From Bacilliculturomica massiliensis (lineage in GTDB: Bacteria > Bacillota > Clostridia > Peptostreptococcales > Anaerovoracaceae), in contig NZ_LR027602.1 of assembly GCF_900605495.1 (NCBI RefSeq), forward strand, positions 514,456-578,455: a DNA stretch of 64,000 nucleotides, written 5' to 3'. A program made the translations under genes and the position numbers. Of this stretch, positions 9,985-18,751 are shown piece by piece; within the stretch, counting starts at the first letter, position 1; the number at the start of each line of letters is the position of its first letter. The notes beneath the pieces were generated by a model that searched no databases, was not told the origin of the DNA, and was given only the letters and a program-made list of their open reading frames with translations.

Positions 9985-11064
9985 ATGGCTACGGAAAATC
10001 TTTCAGATTACAAAGATATATGGGTGTTTGCGGAGCAGCGTCAGGGAAAGCTGATGAACGTTGCGCTGGAACTGATCGGAGAGGGTTACAACCTGTCCAG
10101 AGAGATCGGTGCGGACACGAAGGTGTGCGCTCTGCTGATCGGAAATAATATCGACGATCTGGCCAAGGAGTGCTTCGAGTACGGCGCTGACAAGGTGTAT
10201 CTGGTTCAGGATCCGCTCCTGGAAAACTACACCACGGACGCTTACACCAAAGTGATCACCGATGCGATCCACGAATACAAACCGGAGATCGTTCTGTACG
10301 GAGCGACTCACATCGGCAGAGACCTGGCGCCCAGAGTGGCGGCCAGAGTGGATACCGGTCTGACGGCGGACTGCACGCACCTGAACGTAAAACTGGGAAG
10401 CTACATTGAATATGCAAAAGAGAATACCACTCTGAATACGGATAATCTGGATCCCAACGATCCGGATACCGGTCTGAAAATGACCCGTCCTGCATTCGGC
10501 GGAAATCTGATGGCCACCATCATCTGCCCCAGGACCAGACCGCAGATGTCCACGGTGAGACCGGGCGTAATGTCCAAGAGAGAACGCGTGGAAGGCGCTG
10601 TGGGAGAGATCGAGAACGTAAACGTGAAACTGACGGCTGCGGATATCCGCACAGAGCTGATCCGTGTGGTAAGAGAGACCAAGGAAATGGTCTCCCTGAC
10701 GGATGCGGACATCATCTGCTCCGGCGGACGCGGTCTGGGCGGTCCGGACGGCTTTAAGCTGATCAAGGAGTTCGCCGACAAAGTGGGCGGCGTGGTAGGT
10801 TCTTCCAGAGCCTGTGTAGACAGCGGCTGGATCGACCACTCTCATCAGGTCGGCCAGACCGGTACTACCGTAAAGCCGACGATCTACTTTGCATGCGGAA
10901 TTTCCGGTGCGATCCAGCACCTGGCAGGCATGCAGAACTCGGATATCATTGTTGCCATCAACAAGGATCCCGAGGCTCCTATCTTTGAAGTTGCCGACTA
11001 TGGTATCGTAGGCGACTTATATAAAGTGATCCCTGAGATTATGGAGCGCTGGGACGCGGAATAA
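9985..11064 (+). CDS. etfA: Electron transfer flavoprotein, alpha subunit
   Basis: 359 aa with an EtfA FAD-binding C-terminal domain. It follows etfB. Confidence 0.9.
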   Translation: MATENLSDYKDIWVFAEQRQGKLMNVALELIGEGYNLSREIGADTKVCALLIGNNIDDLAKECFEYGADKVYLVQDPLLENYTTDAYTKVITDAIHEYKPEIVLYGATHIGRDLAPRVAARVDTGLTADCTHLNVKLGSYIEYAKENTTLNTDNLDPNDPDTGLKMTRPAFGGNLMATIICPRTRPQMSTVRPGVMSKRERVEGAVGEIENVNVKLTAADIRTELIRVVRETKEMVSLTDADIICSGGRGLGGPDGFKLIKEFADKVGGVVGSSRACVDSGWIDHSHQVGQTGTTVKPTIYFACGISGAIQHLAGMQNSDIIVAINKDPEAPIFEVADYGIVGDLYKVIPEIMERWDAE

Positions 11065-11117
11065 TGCCTCCCGCGTGACCGGCGAAGACCAAAAACAAGG
11101 ACACCTATGTGACACTA

Positions 11118-11162
11118 AATCAAAATGGCAGATTTCGCATGTTGAAATCTGCCATTTTGATT
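11118..11162 (+). terminator. Perfect 19-bp inverted repeat hairpin downstream of etfA
   Basis: aatcaaaatggcagatttc, then gcatgtt, then gaaatctgccattttgatt, followed by a T-rich stretch. It lies 54 nt after the etfA stop. Confidence 0.55.
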
Positions 11163-11433
11163 TCTCTTGCGAATTTTCAGTATATTCCGTACAATTGGCA
11201 AATAAATTGTTGAAATTTCAACGATAACAAAAAATGTATTGCTAAAAATATAAATTATCTTAAAATTGGAGCATCTACAATATTGAAATTATATTGACTA
11301 CATGTTATAATAATTAAAATTGCTAATTTAGCATTGTGATTTCGTGAAAGGAGGGTAGTCGTTAGGGGGAAAACGGGGGAGAGAAGACGGTAAATTACCT
11401 TTTGTTAGAGTAAGTAAGAAAAGGAGAATCAAA

Positions 11434-12882
11434 ATGGAAAATGCAAAGAAAGTGAGAGCACCGGAGCGCGAGGGTACCTTTGCCAGCTCCGTGATCATGT
11501 TCATCATTTGCGTCAGTGTCATTATGGTAGGCATTCTTGTTCTCGGACTGGATGCCCACATTCCGCTTATTTTTGCCTGTGCTATTATTATGATTTATGC
11601 CGCGTTTCTTCACATTCCTCTCGGGGAGCTGGAGACTGCGATGGCCAATTCGGCCGCCACATCCATGGGCGTTATGGTGGTCATCATCGTTGTCGGTACG
11701 CTGATCGCTTCGTTCATGGCGGCCGGTACCGTACCGTACATAATCTATGTAGGGCTGGAATTGATCAACCCTGCCTGGTTCCTGGCTTTCGTAACGATCA
11801 TGTGTGCGATCCTGTCATCTGTAACGGGTTCGTCCTGGACTACATGCGGCACCATCGGCGTTGCTTTCATCGGAATCTCCATCGGACTTGGCATTCCTGT
11901 GGGAATGGCTGCGGGAGCTGTGGCCGGCGGAGCTTATTTCGGCGACAAGCAGTCCCCGATCTCCGACTTTGCCATGTATGCGGCCGGTGTTTCCAGAGTT
12001 AACATTTATAAACACTGCAAGAACATGCTTTATACAACCGGACCCGCACTTATTGTATCCATCATCATCTACTTTGTTCTGGGCATGCGCTTCAGAGGCG
12101 GCGAAGTAGACGCTGCACAGATCGAGGTCATCAGAGGGGGACTGGAGCAGATCTACAATTTCAGCCCCATCGTACTGCTGCCCCTGGTGGTTCTGATCGC
12201 AGCGATCATCCTTAAGCTGCCCACCACGGTATCGCTGTTCCTGGGAATGTTCTGCGCACTGATCATCGCTATCACTTATCAGGGCATGAATCCCGGAGAT
12301 GTGCTGAAGATGCTGATGAACGGATATTCCATCGATCCCGCTATCGCGGAGAGCGTACCGGCTGAGGTTGCGAAGATCTGTCAACGGGGCGGCGTCTCTT
12401 CCATGCTGTACACCCTGGCTCTGATGATCTGTTCGCTGGCTATGGCCGGCGGCTTCGACAGAACGAAGATGCTGACCAAGATCGTAGACAAGATGGAAAA
12501 CATCATCAAGAACAGAGTGGGACTGATCGCCACCACCCTGGTGACCGGTATCGGAATGTCCTACTTCGCCTGCGACCCGTACATTGCGGCTATCATCCCG
12601 GTGAAGGCTTACGAGAAGAAGTACGAGGAAATGGGTCTCGACAGATGCGTGCTCTCCAGAACGATCTCCGACGGCGGCGTAAACTTCTGCCCGATCGTTC
12701 CCTGGGGCTCCTCCGGCGTATTCACATCCCAGACTCTGGGCGTGCCTGTAGGCCAGTACATCGGCTACTACTACATCGGCTGGGGCACCTGCATCATGGC
12801 TCTCGTCTGCGCGATCACCGGCTGGGGTATGAAGACCTATGACTACAGCCAGGATCAGAAGGATTCCGTGATGACGGCTTAG
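11434..12882 (+). CDS. NhaC-family Na+/H+ antiporter-type transporter (possible substrate or amino-acid transporter)
   Basis: 482 aa polytopic membrane protein. RBS AAAAGGAGAA. Matches the NhaC family pattern. Confidence 0.75.
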   Translation: MENAKKVRAPEREGTFASSVIMFIICVSVIMVGILVLGLDAHIPLIFACAIIMIYAAFLHIPLGELETAMANSAATSMGVMVVIIVVGTLIASFMAAGTVPYIIYVGLELINPAWFLAFVTIMCAILSSVTGSSWTTCGTIGVAFIGISIGLGIPVGMAAGAVAGGAYFGDKQSPISDFAMYAAGVSRVNIYKHCKNMLYTTGPALIVSIIIYFVLGMRFRGGEVDAAQIEVIRGGLEQIYNFSPIVLLPLVVLIAAIILKLPTTVSLFLGMFCALIIAITYQGMNPGDVLKMLMNGYSIDPAIAESVPAEVAKICQRGGVSSMLYTLALMICSLAMAGGFDRTKMLTKIVDKMENIIKNRVGLIATTLVTGIGMSYFACDPYIAAIIPVKAYEKKYEEMGLDRCVLSRTISDGGVNFCPIVPWGSSGVFTSQTLGVPVGQYIGYYYIGWGTCIMALVCAITGWGMKTYDYSQDQKDSVMTA

Positions 12883-12937
12883 TAAAAATATTCTTTCTAT
12901 CGTTGATCGGTTCATGAAAGAACAGATAGACTTGTGC

Positions 12938-12979
12938 GAGACCTGGCTACGGACCGCTCTGCGGACCGGGCCAGGTCTC
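12938..12979 (+). terminator. GC-rich hairpin (gagacctggc...gccaggtctc) downstream of the transporter
   Basis: 10-bp perfect inverted repeat with a weak downstream T-stretch. Confidence 0.4.
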
Positions 12980-13077
12980 CAGACTGAAGAAAATCAGGAC
13001 AGACAGATCGGGTTTATTTCTGAATGGGGCCCCGCCGGTGCAGACCGGCGCGGGCGCCGGAAGAGAGGAGAAGCAGA

Positions 13078-14361
13078 ATGGCTTTGGACTTAAAAGAAAA
13101 ACTCAAGGATCTCCGCGGCGCGGACTGCAGCTTCATCGACGAGGCTAGACGCACGGGCAGAGAACTGAAGGTTGGACAGACTCGTTTTGTGGCGGCCAGT
13201 GAGTTTCAGTCGGAAAAGAGCTACAAGAAGGCCATGAGCAAGAAAGGCCGGATGATGTATCATTTCCATCTCTGCTGTGAGAACAATGAAGTGTTCAAGA
13301 CACAGATCAGAGAACTGGATGAAAAACTGTCGGCCAAAGGACTGTGTCTGGATCGTTTCGGCATCAGCATCGACCCGGCGATGGCGCTTCCCGCCGATAT
13401 CCGGGAAAAGAACAAAAAAGGCGGCGCGCTGTACTTTGCCGGTCAGGAAGACTGGGATATGCTTGGCATGTCGGAAAAGATGCAGCCCCATCTGGGAGAC
13501 AATATGATCGGAAGCCCGGCTTCCTATGAGATCGTGCAGAACGCGCTGAAAGCCGGCGTCACCACCATAGGCAACGTTTCACAGTTCTTCGGCTACGAGT
13601 ATCCCGAGTTTTCCGATGTGGACGCCAGGACCAGAAGCACGCTGCAGGCCATGGCGGTCATGGCCGAGAACGTGGATGCGGGAACGCTGATCCATTCAAA
13701 TCTGGACGACGGCTACGGCGACAAGGCCGCGGATCTGGGACTGCTCATCGGCTGCGCTCTGCTGGAAAAGTATCTGGTGGAAGACCTGATGGGCGCGAAG
13801 ATCGCTCACTCTTACGGCGATATGTTTTTCTCGCCGGAGAAACGTCTGATCTTCCTGTCCGCGCTGAAGACGGCCCACAAGGGCGATCTGACCGGCTCCA
13901 TGGTATTTACCAACAAGCTGGGAAGAAACAGCGCCGACATAGAACGCAACACGCCCCACCTGTGCATGTCCGTGCTCTGTGACATGGCAGGTCAGTACGT
14001 CTATCAGACGGGCCACGCCATCGCCACGATGGCCAATCAGGGCCTGACCACCGACGTGACTACCGACGAGGTCGTCAGAACGCTGGAGTACGCAAAGGAA
14101 TTGGAGGCTTACATCCCCGACGTGGTGTCACTCATTGATTTTGACAAGATTGACAGGAGGGCCAAGGAGGTCTACGATCGAGGGGAGATGTTCTTCGAGT
14201 CCACTCTGGAGGTCCTGAGCGACCACATTGATATCGATAATCCGTATGCTGTGCTTTCCGCGCTGAAGAGAGTGGGGATCGGCAATTTGACCGACGCTCT
14301 CGGAAGAATGGACAGAGACAGCATCATAGCTGATTATAATTTATTTGAGCACGACCATTAA
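13078..14361 (+). CDS. Glutamate-mutase-E / 2-methyleneglutarate-mutase-like TIM-barrel protein, paralog lacking a B12-binding domain
   Basis: Start at MALDLKE after GAGAGGAGAAG. Shares colinear blocks with the downstream 584-aa protein (AGVTTIGN, IHSNLDDGYG, TGHA) but ends without a DxHxxG domain. 427 aa. Confidence 0.5.
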   Translation: MALDLKEKLKDLRGADCSFIDEARRTGRELKVGQTRFVAASEFQSEKSYKKAMSKKGRMMYHFHLCCENNEVFKTQIRELDEKLSAKGLCLDRFGISIDPAMALPADIREKNKKGGALYFAGQEDWDMLGMSEKMQPHLGDNMIGSPASYEIVQNALKAGVTTIGNVSQFFGYEYPEFSDVDARTRSTLQAMAVMAENVDAGTLIHSNLDDGYGDKAADLGLLIGCALLEKYLVEDLMGAKIAHSYGDMFFSPEKRLIFLSALKTAHKGDLTGSMVFTNKLGRNSADIERNTPHLCMSVLCDMAGQYVYQTGHAIATMANQGLTTDVTTDEVVRTLEYAKELEAYIPDVVSLIDFDKIDRRAKEVYDRGEMFFESTLEVLSDHIDIDNPYAVLSALKRVGIGNLTDALGRMDRDSIIADYNLFEHDH

Positions 14362-14378
14362 CCTAAGGAGGTAATGTC

Positions 14379-15122
14379 ATGGGTATGTTTGACGGAAAAG
14401 TAGCATTGATCACGGGCAGCGCACAGGGTATCGGACAGGCGATCGCACTGAAGTTCGCTGAGAACGGCGCGGATGTCGTTGTGCACGGTATTGGAGCCAC
14501 TGCGGACTGCAAGACCTGCAAAGATATTGAGGCGCTGGGTAGAAAGACTCTGGTGTACGACACGGATATCACAGATGTGAAGGCGGTAAACGCCATGGTA
14601 GACGATGTTATTGCCAAGTGGGGAAAGATCGACATTCTGGTCAACAATGCGGGAATCTATCCGGCGGTGCTGTGCGTCGACGTGGACGAGGCTCACTTCG
14701 ACAAGGTGGTGGATGTCAACCTGAAGGGAACGTTCTTCACCACTCAGGCTGTTGTGAAGAAGTCCATGATCCCCAACAACTACGGCAGGATCGTGAGCAT
14801 CAGCTCCTGCGACGGCAAGTGCCCCGCCTCCGGCGTGGCGATCTACTCCGCGGCCAAGGCCGGCGTGATCAGTCTGGTAAAGTCCTTCGCACTGGAGATG
14901 GCGGAATACGACATCAACAGCAACTGCGTGGCTCCGGGCTGGGTAGAATCCGAGACCGTTCTGGCCGGCGACCGCTGGAAGGACGCCCTCAAGATCATTC
15001 CGTCCAGACGTCTGGGCAAGCTGTCTGAGATCGGAGAAGCCTGCTGCTTCCTGTGCAACGACAACGTATCTTATATCAACGGCGAAGTTCTTGACGTAAA
15101 CGGCGCTATCATTATGGACTAA
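14379..15122 (+). CDS. SDR-family NAD(P)-dependent oxidoreductase
   Basis: Carries TGSAQGIGQAIA (Rossmann TGxxxGIG), NNAG and the S...YxxxK catalytic pattern. RBS AAGGAGG. Confidence 0.85.
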   Translation: MGMFDGKVALITGSAQGIGQAIALKFAENGADVVVHGIGATADCKTCKDIEALGRKTLVYDTDITDVKAVNAMVDDVIAKWGKIDILVNNAGIYPAVLCVDVDEAHFDKVVDVNLKGTFFTTQAVVKKSMIPNNYGRIVSISSCDGKCPASGVAIYSAAKAGVISLVKSFALEMAEYDINSNCVAPGWVESETVLAGDRWKDALKIIPSRRLGKLSEIGEACCFLCNDNVSYINGEVLDVNGAIIMD

Positions 15123-15225
15123 TGCGGCGATGGGCCGCCCGCCTGTAGGCGGGCGGCCCGCTGCAGAGATCAGTTCGTAGGATTTCCAGGATGAAAAGGA
15201 AATTTCAGCGAAGGAGTTATACAAA

Positions 15226-16629
15226 ATGGGCAATGCAATTTTGTTGGATTTTGGCAGCACGTTCACAAAGGCCACGGTGGTGGATCTGGATGCGAGAAAG
15301 ATCGTGCTGGCGGAGAAGGAACCATCCACAGTGGGTGTCGATGCGAAGATCGCTTTGGACCGGCTGTACGACAAGATACGCAGGGAGATAGGGGAAGAAA
15401 ACTTCAGGCAGGCGCGCAAGCTGGCTACCAGCAGCGCCGCTGGAGGGCTGCGGATGATCGTCATCGGACTGACTCCCACTCTGAGTATCGTGGCCGGAAA
15501 AAACGCGGCCTTCGGAGCGGGCGCGAAAATTCTCAAGTCCTATTCAGGCTTTCTCACCGATGAAGACGTGGCGGAGATCGAGAGTTCCAGAGCGGAGATC
15601 ATACTTCTCTGCGGGGGCTATGAAGGCGGAAATACCACCGCTGTCCTCCACAACGTAAATATGCTGGGAAAGATGGACAACAGGATCCCTATCATCTACG
15701 CGGGAAACAGCGAGATCCTGAAGGACGTAAAGATCGGGTTCTATCTGAAGAGAAAAGAGTGCTTCGTCGTCAACAACATCATCCCCAGAGTGGGTGAAGT
15801 GGATTCCGCCCACGCGGAGTCGCTGATCCGCAATATCTTTCTGGAACGGATCACCAATATGAAGGGCCTGGACAAAGTGAAAAGCGCCATCGAACGCATT
15901 GTAATGCCTACGCCGGCGGCGGTGCTGGAAGCGGGCGAGCTTCTGGCCCGCGGCTGCGGCAGCGAACCAGGGCTGGGCGATCTCATGATCGTCGACATCG
16001 GCGGAGCGACCACAGATATCCATACATACTGCGAGCCGAGGGCTTACGAGGGCGCGAAGATCGTGGGCTCTCCCGAACCCTATGCAAAGCGCACGGTGGA
16101 GGGAGATCTGGGCATGCGCGAATCCTCAGGACTGGTGATCGAGGAGATCGGAAGCGCCCAGGCGGCGGCGGATCTGGGGATCACGGAAGAACAGCTCGGG
16201 AGTTCCATCGGCCGCAGGCTGGAAAACATCAAATTCCTGCCTGCAGACGATCCCGCCCACAGAGAACTGGAACTGCGGGTCGATGAGCAGATCGCCTGCT
16301 ACGCCTGCAGAACGGCGGTGCGGAGACACTCCGGGAAGCTGGAGCACGTGAGATCCAGGGTGTGCCCTCTGGTACAGAAGGGGAAAAATCTATCCAGGAT
16401 ACGCACGGTCATCGGCACGGGCGGCCCGATCATTCACAGCGGCGCTCCGGGCAGGATCCTGGCGGAAGCGGTCACTACGGAACAGGATGTAAAGCTGAAC
16501 TACATGCTTCCCAGAAGCGCGGAGTTCTTCGTTGATACTGATTACGTATTTTACGCGGCGGGCATTCTGAAGGAGATCGATCCGGAAGCAGCGCTGGCGA
16601 TCATGAAAAACAGTTTGAAACAGGTGTAA
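15226..16629 (+). CDS. GlmL/MutL-family protein (ASKHA-fold, putative B12-mutase reactivase or chaperone)
   Basis: 467 aa. N-terminus LLDFGSTFTKATVVDL is typical of the glutamate-mutase operon protein GlmL (about 460 aa). It sits between the two mutase paralogs. Confidence 0.55.
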   Translation: MGNAILLDFGSTFTKATVVDLDARKIVLAEKEPSTVGVDAKIALDRLYDKIRREIGEENFRQARKLATSSAAGGLRMIVIGLTPTLSIVAGKNAAFGAGAKILKSYSGFLTDEDVAEIESSRAEIILLCGGYEGGNTTAVLHNVNMLGKMDNRIPIIYAGNSEILKDVKIGFYLKRKECFVVNNIIPRVGEVDSAHAESLIRNIFLERITNMKGLDKVKSAIERIVMPTPAAVLEAGELLARGCGSEPGLGDLMIVDIGGATTDIHTYCEPRAYEGAKIVGSPEPYAKRTVEGDLGMRESSGLVIEEIGSAQAAADLGITEEQLGSSIGRRLENIKFLPADDPAHRELELRVDEQIACYACRTAVRRHSGKLEHVRSRVCPLVQKGKNLSRIRTVIGTGGPIIHSGAPGRILAEAVTTEQDVKLNYMLPRSAEFFVDTDYVFYAAGILKEIDPEAALAIMKNSLKQV

Positions 16630-16710
16630 TAAATCCGGCGCGGGCCTTGGCGAAAGGCGCTGGGGTCCGCGCTGCAGATGGTATGGCTCCAGGCTCAACA
16701 GGAGGAAAAT

Positions 16711-18465
16711 ATGGAAATCAAAATGAAAAAGAGGTTTGAGTACAAGAACCTCCCCGACATGCAGACAATTCGCTCGGAGATCAAGAAACTGCAGGATCAG
16801 GTGGAACTGGGTCAGACTCTGTTCTGTAAGGAACACGGTGTGAAGACCGAAGGCGAGTACAAGAAAAAGATGATGAACTCAGGCCATCGTCATATCATGA
16901 AACATACCCACATCGGGTATAATACGTGGGATACCACTAAAAAATGTGTAGAAGAAGTCTACTCGCAGCTTCAGGAAAGAGGAAGCTATATCGACCGGTT
17001 CGGATTCTGTCTCGATAATCTCATGGGTATGCCTGAGAAGTGGAGAGCAGGACAGCTTCAGGGAACCGGACTGATCTTCAAAAACGAGGAAGAATGGAAA
17101 CAGATCGGGCAGATCGTGCCGGTGCAGCCCCACTGCGGCGATATGATGATCGGTACGCTCAACGGTCTGGAAAACGCCATGAACGCGCTGCGCGCGGGCG
17201 TTACCACCATCGGAAATCCGTCCCACTACTATACCTACGAGTGGCCGGGCATCGATGAAGAAGAGTACCGCGTCATGGACATCATCAAGGCTGTGGGCGT
17301 CATGGCAAAGTTCAAGGAGGACGGCGCTATCATCCACTCCAATCTTGACGACGGTTACGGCGGGCAGCTGCACGACATTGCCAACCTGGTCGGCTGGGCG
17401 AGAGTGGAACGCTACTACATCGAGGATCTGCTGGGCGGCGGTCTGGGCCACTGCTTCGGAAATCTGTTCAGCCACCCGATCATGCGTATCATCTTCAACC
17501 TGGCTGTATGGGAGATGAACCCCAACCATATTCCGGGTTCCATGATCTATGGAAATACCACGGAGTACGGATTTGACTTTGAACAAAACTGCGGAGCCCT
17601 GGCTTCGTTTATCACTGGCGACATCATCGGTCAGAACCGCCTGGCTACAGGTCACGCTGTGGTGCCTATTCCGGTCAGCGAGGCGGCCCGTATCCCCACG
17701 GTGGAAGAGATCGTCCAGGCCCATATGATCGCAGACAAGATGATCAAAAAGGCGCCGTGTTATGCGGAATATCTGGATTGGGACAAGATCATCGCGGAGA
17801 AGGATCTGCTGGTAGCCTGCGGAAATCTCTTCTTCGAGAGAGTCATGAACGGACTGGACAGTCTGGGCGTAGACACAGAGCATCCCGGCGAGATCATGGG
17901 AGCCATCAAAGCCATCGGACCTGCGCAGCTTGAAGAGAACTTCGGCGTGGGCAAGGCGGATAAGATGGCCCTGCGCGGAAGGATCCCCGTACGTCCCACC
18001 AACTCGGTCAGCGATCTGAAGCGTCAGGAGCATTCCATCATCGTTCAGATCCCCGGCCTGGAGAAATCCCTGGAGGGCGTCAAGGTCGTTATCTGCACCA
18101 CCGACGTTCACGAATTCGGTAAGCAGATCATCAAAGACATTCTGATCGAAGCGGGCGCTACGGTCTTCGACCTGGGCACCAGCATCGGAACGGCCGAAGT
18201 GCTGGACGCTGTGATCGAGACCGAATGTAAGGTGGTGCTGGTCAGCACCTACAACGGTATCGCCTATAGCTACGGCAAGGAACTGCTGGAAGGGCTGGAG
18301 AAGAGAAAGCTGGATGGCGTCAGCGTCATCATGGGCGGTCTCCTCAACGAGGACCTGGACGGCGACGAGCTGGCCGAGGACGTCAGCGACAAACTGAAGG
18401 AAATGGGTATTCACGCCGATAACAAAGCAGAAGAGATTATAGATGTGATAAAGGCTTGCCTCTGA
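16711..18465 (+). CDS. Cobalamin-dependent mutase, TIM-barrel fused to a C-terminal B12-binding domain (2-methyleneglutarate-mutase-like / GlmE-GlmS fusion-like)
   Basis: Start at MEIKMKK after AGGAGGAAAAT. The N-terminal region is homologous to the 13078 paralog. The C-terminus carries DVHEFG (DxHxxG, 18103..18120) in a Rossmann-like B12-binding context (VVICTTDVHEFGKQII...SVIMGG). 584 aa, similar in size to the 614-aa Mgm. Confidence 0.6.
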   Translation: MEIKMKKRFEYKNLPDMQTIRSEIKKLQDQVELGQTLFCKEHGVKTEGEYKKKMMNSGHRHIMKHTHIGYNTWDTTKKCVEEVYSQLQERGSYIDRFGFCLDNLMGMPEKWRAGQLQGTGLIFKNEEEWKQIGQIVPVQPHCGDMMIGTLNGLENAMNALRAGVTTIGNPSHYYTYEWPGIDEEEYRVMDIIKAVGVMAKFKEDGAIIHSNLDDGYGGQLHDIANLVGWARVERYYIEDLLGGGLGHCFGNLFSHPIMRIIFNLAVWEMNPNHIPGSMIYGNTTEYGFDFEQNCGALASFITGDIIGQNRLATGHAVVPIPVSEAARIPTVEEIVQAHMIADKMIKKAPCYAEYLDWDKIIAEKDLLVACGNLFFERVMNGLDSLGVDTEHPGEIMGAIKAIGPAQLEENFGVGKADKMALRGRIPVRPTNSVSDLKRQEHSIIVQIPGLEKSLEGVKVVICTTDVHEFGKQIIKDILIEAGATVFDLGTSIGTAEVLDAVIETECKVVLVSTYNGIAYSYGKELLEGLEKRKLDGVSVIMGGLLNEDLDGDELAEDVSDKLKEMGIHADNKAEEIIDVIKACL

Positions 18466-18488
18466 TTTGTGTGAATGATGAGGCGCGC

Positions 18489-18520
18489 CGTCGTCCGGCT
18501 GTTGCTGCAGCCGGACGACG
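18489..18520 (+). other. Stem-loop downstream of the mutase gene (cgtcgtccggctg...cagccggacgacg)
   Basis: 13-bp inverted repeat with no clean U-tract. A second hairpin (ggcgggagagccgcc) and a T-rich run follow at about 18571..18605. Confidence 0.35.
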
Positions 18521-18751
18521 CCAACAAAAGCAGGGCTGAATACGTATGCCTTGCTTTTGTTGTCTCAGACGGCGGGAGAGCCGCCGGCAGAAGCGGATTT
18601 CATTTGTTATTTTTGGAATGTAATTTTACTATTTGTTTGCAATTGTATTTATTTATTATATTATTACTCGCTTTTTGTCTGCAAAAATGGAATGGCAGGG
18701 GATCTGGCCCTTGCGTAAAGAAAAAGTATTTAGTATACTATGTAATTAAGG

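Noticed and set aside
11300-11433. Possible riboswitch or leader RNA upstream of the NhaC transporter
   Set aside because: No conserved aptamer blocks of any family known to me could be recognised by eye. A covariance-model scan would be needed.
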